A stretch of DNA of 64,000 nt from Vicugna vicugna (lineage: Eukaryota): the NCBI GenBank assembly GCA_013265495.1, contig MU057987.1, positions 310,001-374,000 of the forward strand, read 5' to 3'. Of the stretch, positions 13,856 through 26,730 are shown piece after piece (within the stretch, counting starts at the first letter, position 1; each line of letters opens with the position of its first letter). The position numbers were made by a program, and so were the translations under genes. A model generated the notes under the pieces. The model saw nothing but the letters and a program-made list of their open reading frames with translations. It was not told the origin of the DNA and searched no databases.

Positions 13856-15689
13856 CTGGATAAAATGATAGTATTTCAACTACAAGAAGAAAAAATACCC
13901 AATCTGAAAAGGGGTTAGCATTATTTATTCAAAGATGTTCCTAAAATTTTACAAGGCTTAAAATTACTTATTGTTTGCCAAATTATACGGAGATAAGATG
14001 CTTGAACAGAATCAGTTATTTAAACTGGGCAACAAAGAAGACTCTGAAGATTTAAAGAACATCATTTCATAGTGTTTGGCTGCAAGAAACTCTGAATATG
14101 GCCTCATAAAAAATCGCTCAATGGAGGAACATGGCCCAGGAGTGATGACTTCAGTTCTGGTCATTTTTAAAATCTAGCATAATGCCGCCTCATACGATAG
14201 AGGGGACAGCATCTGGTAAGTGGAATGTATTTTTAAAGTTCTTCAAAAATTCCAAGGCAAATTGATCCAATTTTCTAGTGCTTATGTAAAAGTTGCAAAT
14301 GAAATTGCTGAAGAATGAAAAAGAAGGTATCAGAGCTCTGTTTCAATCTCCACAAAGAAAATCAAACTTTCTATTCAGGAGTAAGACAGTTTTCTTACAG
14401 AGTGTCACAGCTGGGAGGAGTCAGAGATGACCTTTCCAGGCTCTTTTACAGATGAGGAAACTGGGGGCCAGACACCGTGAGTGAGTCACGGTCATCTTCA
14501 CTCCTAGCTTTTAATGAGGTATCTCAGACATTCTCATCTTGTAAGATGTGTATTGCAGATTCGCCTCACTCAGATGTAAACCACAGAGGTAAGAAAGAGC
14601 GTGCACTGTTGCACAGAACCTACGACAGAAGATGAACAGTCATGGCTGAGTAGGGTCCGGCTCCCATGGTTACATGTGAGATGAATTCAGCACACTTATA
14701 TCGCCACCAGCCCTTTAGCCTGCTTTGAAAAGGAAGTTCAGTGCCATCCCCTCTTCTTCTCCACATTATAGGCTGCCCTTGTCCGCAGAGGGAAGCAAAG
14801 AAAGTGAGTATCTATTTCCCTCGTGTTTTTCTGATGACAAATAATCTGGGAATTAATTTAAGAATCCTGTTGGTTCAAATAAAACATTTCTGACTCCAAA
14901 ACACTAACTGCTATCTTTAAAAGGACTATGTCTGATGGTTCTGACCTTTGAGTTTTCGGTTTCTTTTTTCTTACCGATTTCAAACGTTGGCCTACTTCCT
15001 GGAACAGCTTGCATGGAAAAAAGTCCAAAACAGCCACTCCTCAATTCTAAGAGTCCTTAAGATACTTCTGAGTGTTGGAATTCCCTGGGACGTAGACTTT
15101 CTTTCCCATTGAGCCACATTCTGTCCACACCGCCAAGGAGACTTTTAGAGAGCAAAGAAAGGAAACGTTTGGGAAACTGTGGAAAGTCCCAGGATCTGGC
15201 TCCACATGGCTCTCTCAAGGCCTGGGAGGCAGTCACACCACGGTGACCATTGTTTTGCTTTGCATTCCAGTCTGCTCAGTATAAAAGCCCTTACCTGTGG
15301 TCAAAATATTTAAATAAAATAAAAATAAAAGGACTTATGTTTGGTATACGTGAGCTATGCTTAACACAAGAGAAGAGAGTAGTGGCCAGGCATGGTAGCC
15401 AGGAAGGGAGCCGTCGGGGAACACGCGGTGAGGCTGCCAGAGGAGACAGACAGGATGCAGCAGGTAAGTACTGTTCTGATTCCTTTTTCTTAAGAAAAGT
15501 GCCTCCAAACTGAAAGCAGAATGAACCAGAACAAATATTGATACATTTCTCATGAGAAAACCAAGTTGCACAGAATAGAGTAAATTATATTGCCAAGTAT
15601 TGAACCATCTTGTGATTCCGATCAAGAATCATTTGTGGTCATCTTTGCATAATCAGAAAGAAAAGAAATTTGAATAGACTGAAGACATA

Positions 15690-17210
15690 AAAAAATCTTG
15701 ACTCCAATTTCAAGAACAAATTCTAGAAAGGATACTGTTCAACTTGACTCAAATCCCTGATAAGTTCTATCAAGGATTCAAGAAAAGGGGTTTAGAAGAA
15801 CTGAGTCAACAAGCCAACACAGTTCACTAAGAACAAATCCTCAAGGTACCCTGCTCGTTTTGAATTATACATCAGAAGAAAGCTCTATAGAATAAACCAG
15901 GAGTCTGCCAAGACATCTGACAGTTACTCATGATATTATGAAGCCCGTGGAGCAATGTGGATTGGGTCATAGTAAACAATTCATCTAACCACACTAATTC
16001 CACAAGCTTATTCAAAGGTTATTGGCAATTCAGGAAGAGAGAAGAAACCTAAGCCTCAAGCTGGACACTTTCTATTCTTAACCAAGCTCACTCCTTCCTG
16101 CTAGCATTTGCTGTTCTCTTCTGCCTGGAATGCTCTCTCAGCTCTTTGAATAGTTGGATTCCTCTGAAACTGAAGGCATTAGTATAAATGCCACCTCCCA
16201 CCCCATCACTCTCTATCCTACCCGTTTGTTTCCTATCACACTGTTTCTAGTTCGTCTCCTCTGGTGAAATATCAGCTTCATAAAAGCTAAGGCCTTGCTA
16301 ATTCAACATGCCTTCACAAGGCCTAACACAGTGTCTCACGTGGACCAGGCTCCAAGAACACTGGAATGAATTAATGAGATACATCCTATGTTGTGACATC
16401 ATACCTTCTATTTGGCCTTTCAGAATATATTTTCTATCAGTGTCTTATATGAAGATATACAAGGCTTGTGTGGAGTTTTTTCATTTTTTTAATTGAAGTA
16501 TTTAATTGAAGTTCCTGTACAATATTATGTAAGTTAGAGGTGTACAATATAGTGATTCACAACTTTTAAAGGTTGTACTGCATTTGCAGTTATTGTAAAA
16601 TACTGCGGGGGGGGATTGGTTGCTTTTGTTTTTCTCATTACATTATACTGGATAAACACACTGCACGATGAAATAAGAATTCCAAAGGGCCTTGAGGGAG
16701 TGAAAGGTCAAACCCACACAACAAAATGATGTAACCAGGATACACAGAAAGCTCTGCATTTAGAATCATAGGAATTTTTTGTGCTATCACAGGATAGGGA
16801 AATTTGGTTTGTCATTGGGATTTGTAAAAAGTACGTCGGGTTTCAGGTTATCACAGTCTTGTTATGAGCCCATAGTGCGATGTGGGCATTAAAAAGTGCT
16901 GGAGTCTTAAAAGGAAACATGGTACCTTCAGACCAAATTATATACTTGTTCAGTGTGAGATATTAACATTTAAGAATGCTAGAAAAACTAAGGGTGGTTG
17001 AAAGGAAGATGACTAGGACAGGCATGGAAAACTTCTCACAATGAAAGAATCAAACTTTTACCAAAAACTCCAGTTAAGAAGGAAGGAGTTTCTAATAGTC
17101 TACAGTCATCCCAACATATGTTAGATTATTCCATTAATCAGTGAATTCTTTGTCAGTGTAATTTCCACTGAACAGTTAGCAGCTGGGATACAGTGGAGGA
17201 AATTCCCACA
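15690..17210 (+). mobile_element. L3/CR1 LINE remnant, interrupted by L2 (~16070-16375) and L1 (~16483-16605)
   Basis: CR1/L3-like motifs aagccaacacagttcactaagaacaaatc, aagctctgcatttag, atgagcccatagtgcgatgtgg and ttcagtgtgag...catttaagaa. Confidence 0.5.
16483..16605 (-). mobile_element. L1 3' end fragment
   Basis: T-run followed by aattgaagt...tacaatattatgtaagttagaggtgtacaatatagtgattcac. Confidence 0.75.
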
Positions 17211-17231
17211 CAATGCATGGTTATTTTATTA

Positions 17232-17252
17232 ATGACTGATGACTGATGACTG
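17232..17252. repeat. (ATGACTG)3 tandem repeat
   Basis: Direct reading. Confidence 0.9.
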
Positions 17253-18731
17253 ATTTATACATCTATACAAGCTTCTATACTCCCTAATTTCACTACTGTC
17301 AATGATTTGCATAAAATACTTACATTTTTCTGTTTTACAGTGAACAATTTATGGAGCAGTTGGTTGAAAGGTAGACATGTTTTGTCAACCTGCAGATAAA
17401 AGAATTATTATAGTATTTTATGTTGGTGAACCATGGAGGCATCAAGAAATGACCAGCTGCTTACCCAGGAATGGAACATTTGGTACTAAACTAGAAAAAT
17501 CTGGGCATGATGCATAGGATTAGCCTTTGCAGGAGCAACCCGGGAGGTTCTCTCTAAATCTGTATCTCAAGAAACTAAAACTAAAAAGACCAAAACATAA
17601 TAGAAGGGAAGCAGATTTAGAAGACGGAACAGGAGGAACACAGCTATCAGTTTGGAGAAAAGCTGAACAGAAGGAGGACAGTCAGCCTCAAGACTCGGGC
17701 AGAAGGACCAGCAACCTGAAGTTGACCTTGTTTATCAAATCCCATAAAAGACATACACGTTTTGGTTTCCATAGTTTCATAATGATGGATGATTCAACAG
17801 ATTCAAAACAACCATGGTGAAATATTTCTTGGGGCTGCTCTCTTCATGAAGCAACTCTAGTTAAGTCTGCTTCTCAGGGATTCTGGTACACTGTACTCAT
17901 CTCTCCATTTTAATGCCCATTATGGCTTATATGTTTTAGTATCATGTAAGTTTTCTTAGCATGAGTCAGCCTTTCATGTCTATAAAACATGGAAGAGCAT
18001 TCTAGGGAGCTCGTACTAGATCCTGGGCTCAAGTAACAACACAGCACAATGGCACCTTGCATGGCTCCTTGGCAGAGAGCCGGATAGCCTTCCTCTGACC
18101 ACACCAGGACTCCCTCTCAAAGATACGTCATTCTGTGCTGACTGCGTGGTTTAACATGAGCTATTTAGTGGTAGCAGAATTTAGAGATGTTTGATTTCTA
18201 GGTATGAACAAACTCTACTGAACATAAGGATCATTAAGAAACCTACAAGTTAGAAAGGAAGTCGGAGTGCTACAGAGCACTTGCGATGGTCTGGAAAGGA
18301 AAGGTTTGGACATCAAGGAAACTTTGGCAATTGGTTATTTGAAACCGTGGAAGTGATCAACAAAGCCTGACTGTCACAGGACAACTGCTGAGCCTGGACA
18401 AGAAGGTTAGTATGAAGCTCAGTATTTGGAGGAAGCCTATGCAGCGATCTGTAGACCTGAAATGGGTCTACTCTGAGACTTCCGCAGAGAGGCCTTCAGA
18501 TGAGAACTCCCGAATGGCCCAGAGAAACACTGGTGAAAAGGCTGCTGAATCAGGTTCACACATTTAATGAGAACGATGACAATGAAGCAGTACTCACCCA
18601 TGCACATTTTTGGAAATACAAAAACTCCTGCCTTTTTCTCCCAAAAAAGTGCAAGGAGAAACTATTCTGAGCATGGTTTAGGTTCGAAGCGTGAAAGGGC
18701 ATCGTCCACAACAGAACACTCAAAAACCAAC

Positions 18732-18742
18732 TGCTGAGTCAT
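18732..18742 (-). promoter_or_regulatory. Perfect antioxidant response element / MARE (NRF2-sMAF, BACH; embedded AP-1 site)
   Basis: + TGCTGAGTCAT, which reads ATGACTCAGCA on minus and matches RTGACTCAGCA. Motif match only. Confidence 0.45.
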
Positions 18743-20169
18743 TGTCTCCTCTGTTGTATGGGACCCCATCTCATTCCATCCAGAAATTGTGTGACCCGGA
18801 GTCAGCAGTCCACAAGAAGAGAAAGTTGAGTCTGCCCCCATCCATTTCTTTCTGCTTACTTTGCATTTGAGAATGACACTGTGACATCATAGCACAGAGT
18901 TTATAAATGATACGTGAAATTTTCTTGACCAGTGCACAAAGAACATCAGCGCAGACTGCTAGGTAATCTCCCAACACTGCACACACAGTTTATGCAGAGC
19001 TTGGATGCCTCACACCCACTCCTGCACCCCTCCCCAAATCATTTGCTTATATTCTAAACTAATCTATTACCTATGTTAGCCCTTTTCACTCCTTAGTCTC
19101 TTCAAGATGTTGGTCTGTGACCTTGGGGAGCAAATCATATCCATACACACAAATAGCAGTCTTGTAGATTTCATAAAGAATGAAGAATTTTTCTTCTTTA
19201 CCCTTTCAATAAAAGGTTTTGAAATTTAGACGAGAGGAAAATGAGGCAAAGATTAGAAAGAGAAAAGTGAGCCAAAGTGATTCTGGTTGATGGATTTGAT
19301 GGGTAAACTGAAGTTCTTATTTGCCCACTGACGCCAGGCCAAGCATCCAGCTACTTTCCCAGGCTTAATTAAATCTGCAGCTGACCTGCAAGGAAGGGGA
19401 TGGCCTGCCATCCAGAAAAAAGGAAAGGAGGCACAAAGGATTTGTGATCAGTGTCAGGTATTCCAGCAAGTCATGCCAGAGGCAGAAAATAAGACCTGTT
19501 AAACCCAGTTCCTTCTCTCACCACTAGATTTCATTTCAGCCTTCAGATGATATGATGGCTCACCAATGAGGATCAACATTTTTCCCACACATGTATACAT
19601 ATTCCAGGTGACAAATGCATAGGCTTTTTACATTGTTGACAAGTAAGCATATATTATTAAATATATTTTCAGATACTTAAATGATTTGCAATATCTAGAA
19701 GATTGGTTTTGAATCATAAATAAAAACTGAATTCTTATTACGGGATCTGAAACAGCACTATAAAAACAGAAAAAGAATCAAAAATAGCCAATTCAGATCA
19801 AGACATATTAGCCTTATTTTTTTTAATCATAACTTACTTTTGAAAATAGTTATTTGTAAAACATCTGGACCCAACTATTGAAGTCAACAAGGGTGGCCAC
19901 GAGCTTCAGAAGCACAATATTTACTCCGCGGCTACTCCACTCCAGTTATGGACACCTCTTTCCAGCAGGCTTGGATATTGCCAGGCTGAAGCAAACAGCT
20001 GAAGCAGAGATTCAACTAAGTAGGAAGAATGTTTTCATTACCACAAAGGAACCACAGCAAGCGTTAAAACATGCAAGTAAGGCCACCTACTGTGTGAAAG
20101 AGACTCATTCCTGCACAGAAGTAACGAGATAGCTAAACTAGGAAGCCAATTTACAGGAACAATGCTCAC

Positions 20170-20250
20170 CTGTTTCTGAAAAGGCACCCACTGAGAAGTC
20201 ATCAGAACATCTCACCAGCTTGCCAAAAACACTGGGCAACCTTCTTGTAT
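20170..20250 (-). other. Candidate internal exon (81 nt)
   Basis: Acceptor gcgtccttcccag|ATAC and donor CAG|gtgagc; non-repeat sequence. Confidence 0.45.
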
Positions 20251-23200
20251 CTGGGAAGGACGCTAACAGCAGCATTACTTGGTAATTGTTTCAAAGACAA
20301 TGAGCAGCAGTCGCATTGCTCCAGGTCTCCCATCTAAGATGCTTATCTCCAGATTCATGCACTTCTTTCCATGGTTTAGAATTCTGCTCAGTGGCCGGGT
20401 AACATGGCTTGGTATGGTTCCAGATGTCACTGTTAAGAGTCTGCCATCTCCATTCAAGGAGGTCACCTAGCATGTGTCAGATGTTTAAAGCGTGAAGATC
20501 GTGGATGGATTTAAGAGAACTTAGTTTTGAGGTTTAAAAATGGGGGAGGGGGACTCTTGGATACCCAAAGGAAAGATGAGTTCCTTCTGAAATCAATCAT
20601 TTTGACAGATGAGAGGTTTATGGCAGTTTGATAACCCTAACACACATGATTAGAGTTAAAATATACTCCCTCCCGTCTTTCAGTTCAATTCATAGCAAAG
20701 GAATCTACAGTTCTTACTGTAGAGAGTCTATAATTGGGTGTTTTTATAAGGTATGGGAATTGAGGAGATCAAGAATCCTCCCATAGCAGAAAGACTCATT
20801 TTGCTCTGAATGCAAAAACACCCTTTTACTCATTTTCCTTAGGTAAATTTGCAATGGTGTTTTAACATCTGAAACTGCCATCCATGAATCTGAATTTCTG
20901 CATCATTAAATGGGCAACAAGATAGCGCTGGTTGATGAAAATATGAGCTGGAAGATAAAGAGCACCATATGGAATGATGATTACATCATGAACCAGGAAA
21001 CCAAAACCCGAACGAGGCAGGCTGCTTAGAAACACAAAACAAGGTTACAGCACTCCTGAAATTACTACCCTCACAAACAGTAAAGAACATTACCTTCCAA
21101 ACTTGGTACTATCACCTCAGATCAGTAAATAAGTCATACAAGGGCCCCAAATTATTCCTCAGGATTTAGGCCAATTCTTGTGAACAAAGGAAATCATGAC
21201 GTATTTTTAACCCTTCTTCTCAACAAAACTTGAGGCTACACTTTTGACTCACTATCACTTTCCCACCCCCAGTGAAAGCATAATGATGTGCAGTATTATT
21301 TTTAAGTTGAAAGCACTGAACTTCCAGTCACAGTCATGGCTGAGATTTATAGAACCAAACTGCTATCTCACTAACAGCAGCCAGTTTCCCGGAGCCACGC
21401 GTCTTGGAGTGATGACACTGCAGGCAGCAAATCATGTTTTCTCCGACTCGGTTTATTTTCACTCCAGAGACTTCCACGCTTTATGGTCTGACGAACAACT
21501 ACGCGGTGATTATGGCCTGAATTACAACCACAAAGTAGTTGGGTATACTTCACTATTACATATATTATATATCAAGCAATACATATATTATGATGATGAT
21601 GGTATCAAGCAACATGTTAAATGAGTGCCATGATCAAGAGTGATCCCAGCGTCTAAACAACTCTCACTCAGGGAATGATGGGTTTTAAGAGCTTAGGACA
21701 CGCGCGTCATTCTTAGCCACCACAATGCTTGTCTTCAAGTGTTCTCTTGAACACTCCACGTCTATGGATGGCCTCGCACAGTTAAAAGCAGTAAGCTACA
21801 AGCACACCGGATTTCTTCATAAATTACCTAACTTAATCCTCACGAAAAGCTCGTGAGCTATGTGAAATGCAAATAATAAACCTACAAAAGGTTAAAGGAT
21901 TTGCCCCAGACCACATAGCTAATATAACAACAAACTAAGCTTGGAAGGGTAACAGTAAGATTTGTGTAGCATTTACTAAGCATCAAGCATTGCTCTGAGA
22001 GCCTTTGGGAGGATGAGGTCCAAGGTCACCTGATCAGGGCTGGCAGTGGGGTTTCAGTCTGTGCTCCCAGCCACCACCTGGTGATTCCTCCACCGCCTCT
22101 AGGAGCTTCTAGATGAATGAAAGAAACACCGAGGCCTCATGTTCTGGGATTCTGGCTCAGTGTTTATATGGTACAATTAGCCAAATTCAAATAGAGTAAC
22201 ATTAATTAAGAGCAAAGATTAAATCCCCAAAACCTTAAGATGCTGAAATTCTTATTTCTACATCACGCTCTTGAATTCATTTTCAAAAAATAGCTTTCTC
22301 ATTTCAAACCACCCCCCAAAAAATCTCAGAAATGGCAATGCCCTTATTTCCAAGAAATTCCAAAAGAAAATATAGTAATATACCATGATATTCTATGATC
22401 ACATAGGAGAAGGTTTTGTCAAAGCCAAGAGGGAAAGGAGAATAGTCGTAAGATTGGTTTGATGTAAAATATCCAACATCTGCTTCCAGTGCTTCTGCTG
22501 TGAGGACAAGAAGAGGTGGGAAAAGCAGTGTGCATGTTATAGTAGAAAGGACCAGGTGATCAGCGTTTTTAAAAGTAGTTTCATCAATTTAAAAAGAACT
22601 TGATTTTGTGTCCTGTTTGTTTCCCAGATTCCCATCTTGAGTTTTCTGTCAAACATATTAAATGAGCTCTAAATGCACCTGAGCATATTCTTCACCAGTA
22701 TCTTTAAAAACGATTTGTGGCCGGTTCTGTACAGAAATGGGAAGTACTCAGACACTGTAAGTACAAAATTGATAGCTGTGTCTGATTTTTAAATATTTAT
22801 TGAGACCAACAGGTAAACCAGGTGTATTAGACATGATCCTTGTCTAGTCAGCTGGAGTTTCAAATTCAACATGGCAACAAGTCACATGGGATAGTTTACA
22901 AAAATGTGTTTAGAGGAAAGTAGAATTTTAAAAGGCAATAACCAATTAACTTCCCATTATACAGAGAATGCCCATTATATGATTTGTGGAAAATGGTTTT
23001 TAAAATAGCATTGTGTCACTGAAAAACAGATATTTAAAAAATCTCAGATAAACTTTGAGATAAGTCCCCATGTGAGCCTTCCCCACTCTGTGTTTTCATT
23101 TATGGAAAATTTAGAAAGTATTAAATTGCTTCAATATGGATGTTGTAGAAAGAAATTAAGCAAAATAACAGCAGGTATAATCTACCAAATGCCATTTTGA

Positions 23201-23579
23201 GCCTTACTGATCAAGAATCACAAAGCACATGCTTAAAGAAAACAAGGCTCCAAAAAAAAGAAAAAAGAAAAAAATTAGACCAGCAGTGCAGAGGTCTAGA
23301 CAATAAAACCTGAGAACTACGAAGTTTTAGCCTATTCTGTCACGCATGTGATTGTTCACAGGGGAAAGGGACTTTTCAATTCAACTGCTTCCTCAATTAT
23401 GAAGTTTTACTAGACTATGAACATTATAATTCCTACTAGGACTCTTGTGGAAAAGCATCTTTATATATTAAATTATTATCACTCTACTGAAGTGCTCTAG
23501 AGAGTGTGAGCTAAATTTGAGAGGGTAATTTCCGTCATGTTGTCCTTGTGCCTAGTAGAGCCCTAGTAACAGGTACCAT

Positions 23580-23745
23580 CATGTATGAACAGTGTCTCCC
23601 GAAAAAAGTTATGTTTAAATTCTAATCCCCAGTATCTCAGGATGTGACCTTCCTTGGAAACAGAGTGACTACAGGTATAAATGGTTAAGACGTGGTCATA
23701 CAGGGGTAGAGCCGGCTCCTAACGCAACAGGACTGGTGCCCGGAT
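23580..23745 (+). mobile_element. MLT1 (ERVL-MaLR) LTR 5' fragment
   Basis: ctaatccccagtatctcaggatgtgaccttccttggaaacagag ... ggactggtgccc. Confidence 0.7.
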
Positions 23746-23764
23746 AGGCTAGCTATGTGAACTG

Positions 23765-23950
23765 CTAAACCTGAGTTTGAATCCTGATCGCACTAGTTAC
23801 TCCCTGTCTGCAGACAACTCACTTCACTTCTCTAGGCTGCGGGTCACTCACCTGGAAAGCGAGAGGAACCCCCCACAAAGTTCCCGGGAACAGCAGGTGA
23901 GACGATTAGCTCGAGCGCCTGGCGCACGACCAGGCACTAAGTAAACGTTA
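23765..23950. mobile_element. MIR SINE
   Basis: cctgagtttgaatcctg...acttcacttctctaggc...gcgcctggcgcacg...cactaagtaaacgtta. Confidence 0.65.
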
Positions 23951-24637
23951 ATACCGGTCTCGCCTTCCTCCAACACAATGTTGCAATCAAGGTCAAGTGA
24001 GGCTAGAGCATAAAGCGCTTTAAACGAGACGCTGCTATACCTTTCATGATTCTAAAAATCACCCACAATCCGGGCATACCACAAAAGGCCCAAAAGAGTC
24101 CCATCTGAAAGACAGTGGTTAAGACCCCTGGAGCCTCGGAAGAGAACTTGGGACGGGTTGGAGTTGAGTTCCGTATGATCAGAACCCCTGTCCTAAGCTA
24201 CAGAAGACTCAGTGAAATATAATCCCCTTCAGAGCCATAAAAAATCTCCATCCAGCATCAGACAGGGCAGCCTCACATGTGTTCCACAGCACAGGTCCTT
24301 GAGAACTTGCTGTGAACACGGAAGCATTAAACTTGAAGGAACAAAATCACATCCTGATGGAAAGAAAGCTTCAGGAAGATAAAGGACAAAAACACCCATC
24401 GCCTATATTTGCTGCTCCAACGAAGACGAGGCAGAAGTAACAGCTGGTATACGATGTCCCCAACTGGGATCAGTAGTAATTACTGCTGAGCAAGGTCAAT
24501 ACTGAGTTCAGAGGAGAACCAGGACCCAGTCCCAGAGGGATCAGCCACAGTCCTAAGAGCAGCACCACAGGAAACTTGCATCTGTACTAGGGAATGTTAC
24601 TCAGGAGCCACCAGGAGGAAACTGCTGACACAAACAG

Positions 24638-24945
24638 TCACTACGGAAAACAGTATGGAGGCGCCTCAAAAAATTAAAAATAGAACTAACATATGATCCA
24701 GCAATTCCATTCTGGGTGTTTATTTGAAGAAGACAAAAACACTAATTTAAAAAGATATCTGGACCCTCACATCCACTACAGTAATATTCACGGGAGGGAA
24801 CCTAAGTGTCCATGGATGGACGAACGGATAAAGAAAGTGTGAAAAATATATATATACACACAACAGAATGTTACTCAATCATTAAAAATAAGGAAATCCT
24901 ACCATTTGTGACAAATGGATGGACCTCAAGGGCATCATGTTAAGT
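24638..24945 (+). mobile_element. L1 fragment (ORF2 end / 3'UTR)
   Basis: ggaaaacagtatggagg...aaaattaaaaatagaact...atatgatccagcaattcc...acaaatggatggacctcaagggcat. Confidence 0.85.
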
Positions 24946-26444
24946 TCGGGTGGTTCAGTGGCACCGCTGAGGAGGGCAGCAGGCGAATGATATTTCACAA
25001 AGGTCACACAGCTCACAGCCGAGAGCATCAGCGGCAGATGGGTCAGTGACAGGAAACTCCCTGCCACCTCCCTGTCCCCTCCTCCCAGGGCACAACCCCA
25101 GGGGATCCAGACGAGGGGAGGACGGGAAGTGATGGGGCAGACACACCCCTCCCCTTCCCAGCAGGCACCTGCGGATCCCTAGAGCCCAGAGTCAAACCTG
25201 AACCGGGAAGGGGAGGCATGACACTTGAGTTCTTAATCACATTAGTCCGGATTTTAACAGAGGAAAGTGAATGGACTGCCGTTCCAGATATCTGGGGATG
25301 CAAGAGCAAGAGAACGTGGTTTCAAGCAATGATGGAATAAAAATAAAACCTCTTCGTGTTTGCTGCCCACAGAGAGCAAAACCACTTCTCTGAACACAGA
25401 GGCAGGGTCCTGAGGGAGGAGCTGCTGAATAATGTAGGGGCCAACCTCTGGGTAGGAGTCCAGCGGCCCGGGTGAGCCAAGGTAACGGCGGGAGCTGACG
25501 GACAGGCCGGGCAGTGCCGCATCGCTCTCAAGGAACACGCAGCTTCTGTGCCACTCAGGTAGGTGTGGTGACTTGACATTTTAAGAAGCCAGTTCTGATG
25601 GTGGCCTAGACCGTGGAGGAGGGAGCACAGGCAGGGACGAGTGCAAGGCAAGAAGGCTGAATCCAACCCTTGTCGTCACATCTCGTCCTCAATCACCAGA
25701 TTCAACCTCTGCAGAGAGAGGTCAAGGACAAAGCGGAATCCAGAAGGGCACAGAATGGGGCTGCCTTGGTAGGGATGAAGAACTGGTGGGAGGCCCGAGG
25801 GGTTTCAAGGGTTTCTTTTTAAATAATTTGACTCATACTTGAATTCATCTGATTAGTAGTGTTACATGTGAAATTTCTCCTGCTTGGAGAGCAAACTTAC
25901 CTTGAAAAGTAAAACAGACAGAGAAAGGTTCAGGTAAGAAAAAGCTGGAATATGAGACTTACGCTATATATTCTCTAGGCTGTAAGCGAGTTTGTGGGAA
26001 AATTGACTTTGAAACTGAAATACAACTCAGCCCTTTACCAGAAGAGAGCTGGCAGTGTTTTGAAATTCAAGCCCCAATTAGTAATAAAGACACCCTGTTT
26101 TGTACACACCCTTCTTGCCCAGGCAGATATCTCTAGAACCTAATACAACAATGGGCAACTGCTTCAAAGTGTAGGGGTGGGGGGACCTGCCTATATGTAA
26201 TTCTTGAAGAAACAGCTATTAATACTGAAGAACTGAATACAGTACACTTAACAAGGAATAGTAAGATGAAGGTAGGTGAAAGATACGCTGAAATAAATGG
26301 GCAGGGTTTATACTCATTAGATATCAAGTATGTAAGAAGAGAAGACAGTTACAGGTTTTGGGAAGGAATGGATGGGGAAAAGGCTACTAACAGAAACAGG
26401 GAGGGTAAGAGAAGATTCAAAGAGGTAAATTTAATCCTTAAAAT

Positions 26445-26730
26445 TCTCTTTTTCTTCCAGTTTTGAGATATGACACATCGCACATTTAATGTGCACAGCA
26501 GGACAACTTGACACACACAAGTATGCAAAATGGTCACCACAGTAAGTTCAGTTAACATCTATCACCTCACATAGTATCGAAAATTTTTTCTTGCCATGGG
26601 AACTTTTAGTATTCACTCTTTCAAACGTGGCTTTTTAAACTATGGTCATGATGTTGTGCGTTACACCTGTAACACGTACTTATAACTGGAAGCTTGTACC
26701 TTTTGACCACGTTCACCAGTTCCCCCATGT
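26445..26730 (-). mobile_element. L1MA-like 3' end fragment
   Basis: tcaccacagtaagttcagttaacatctatcacctcacatag ... tataactggaagcttgtaccttttgacc. Confidence 0.75.
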
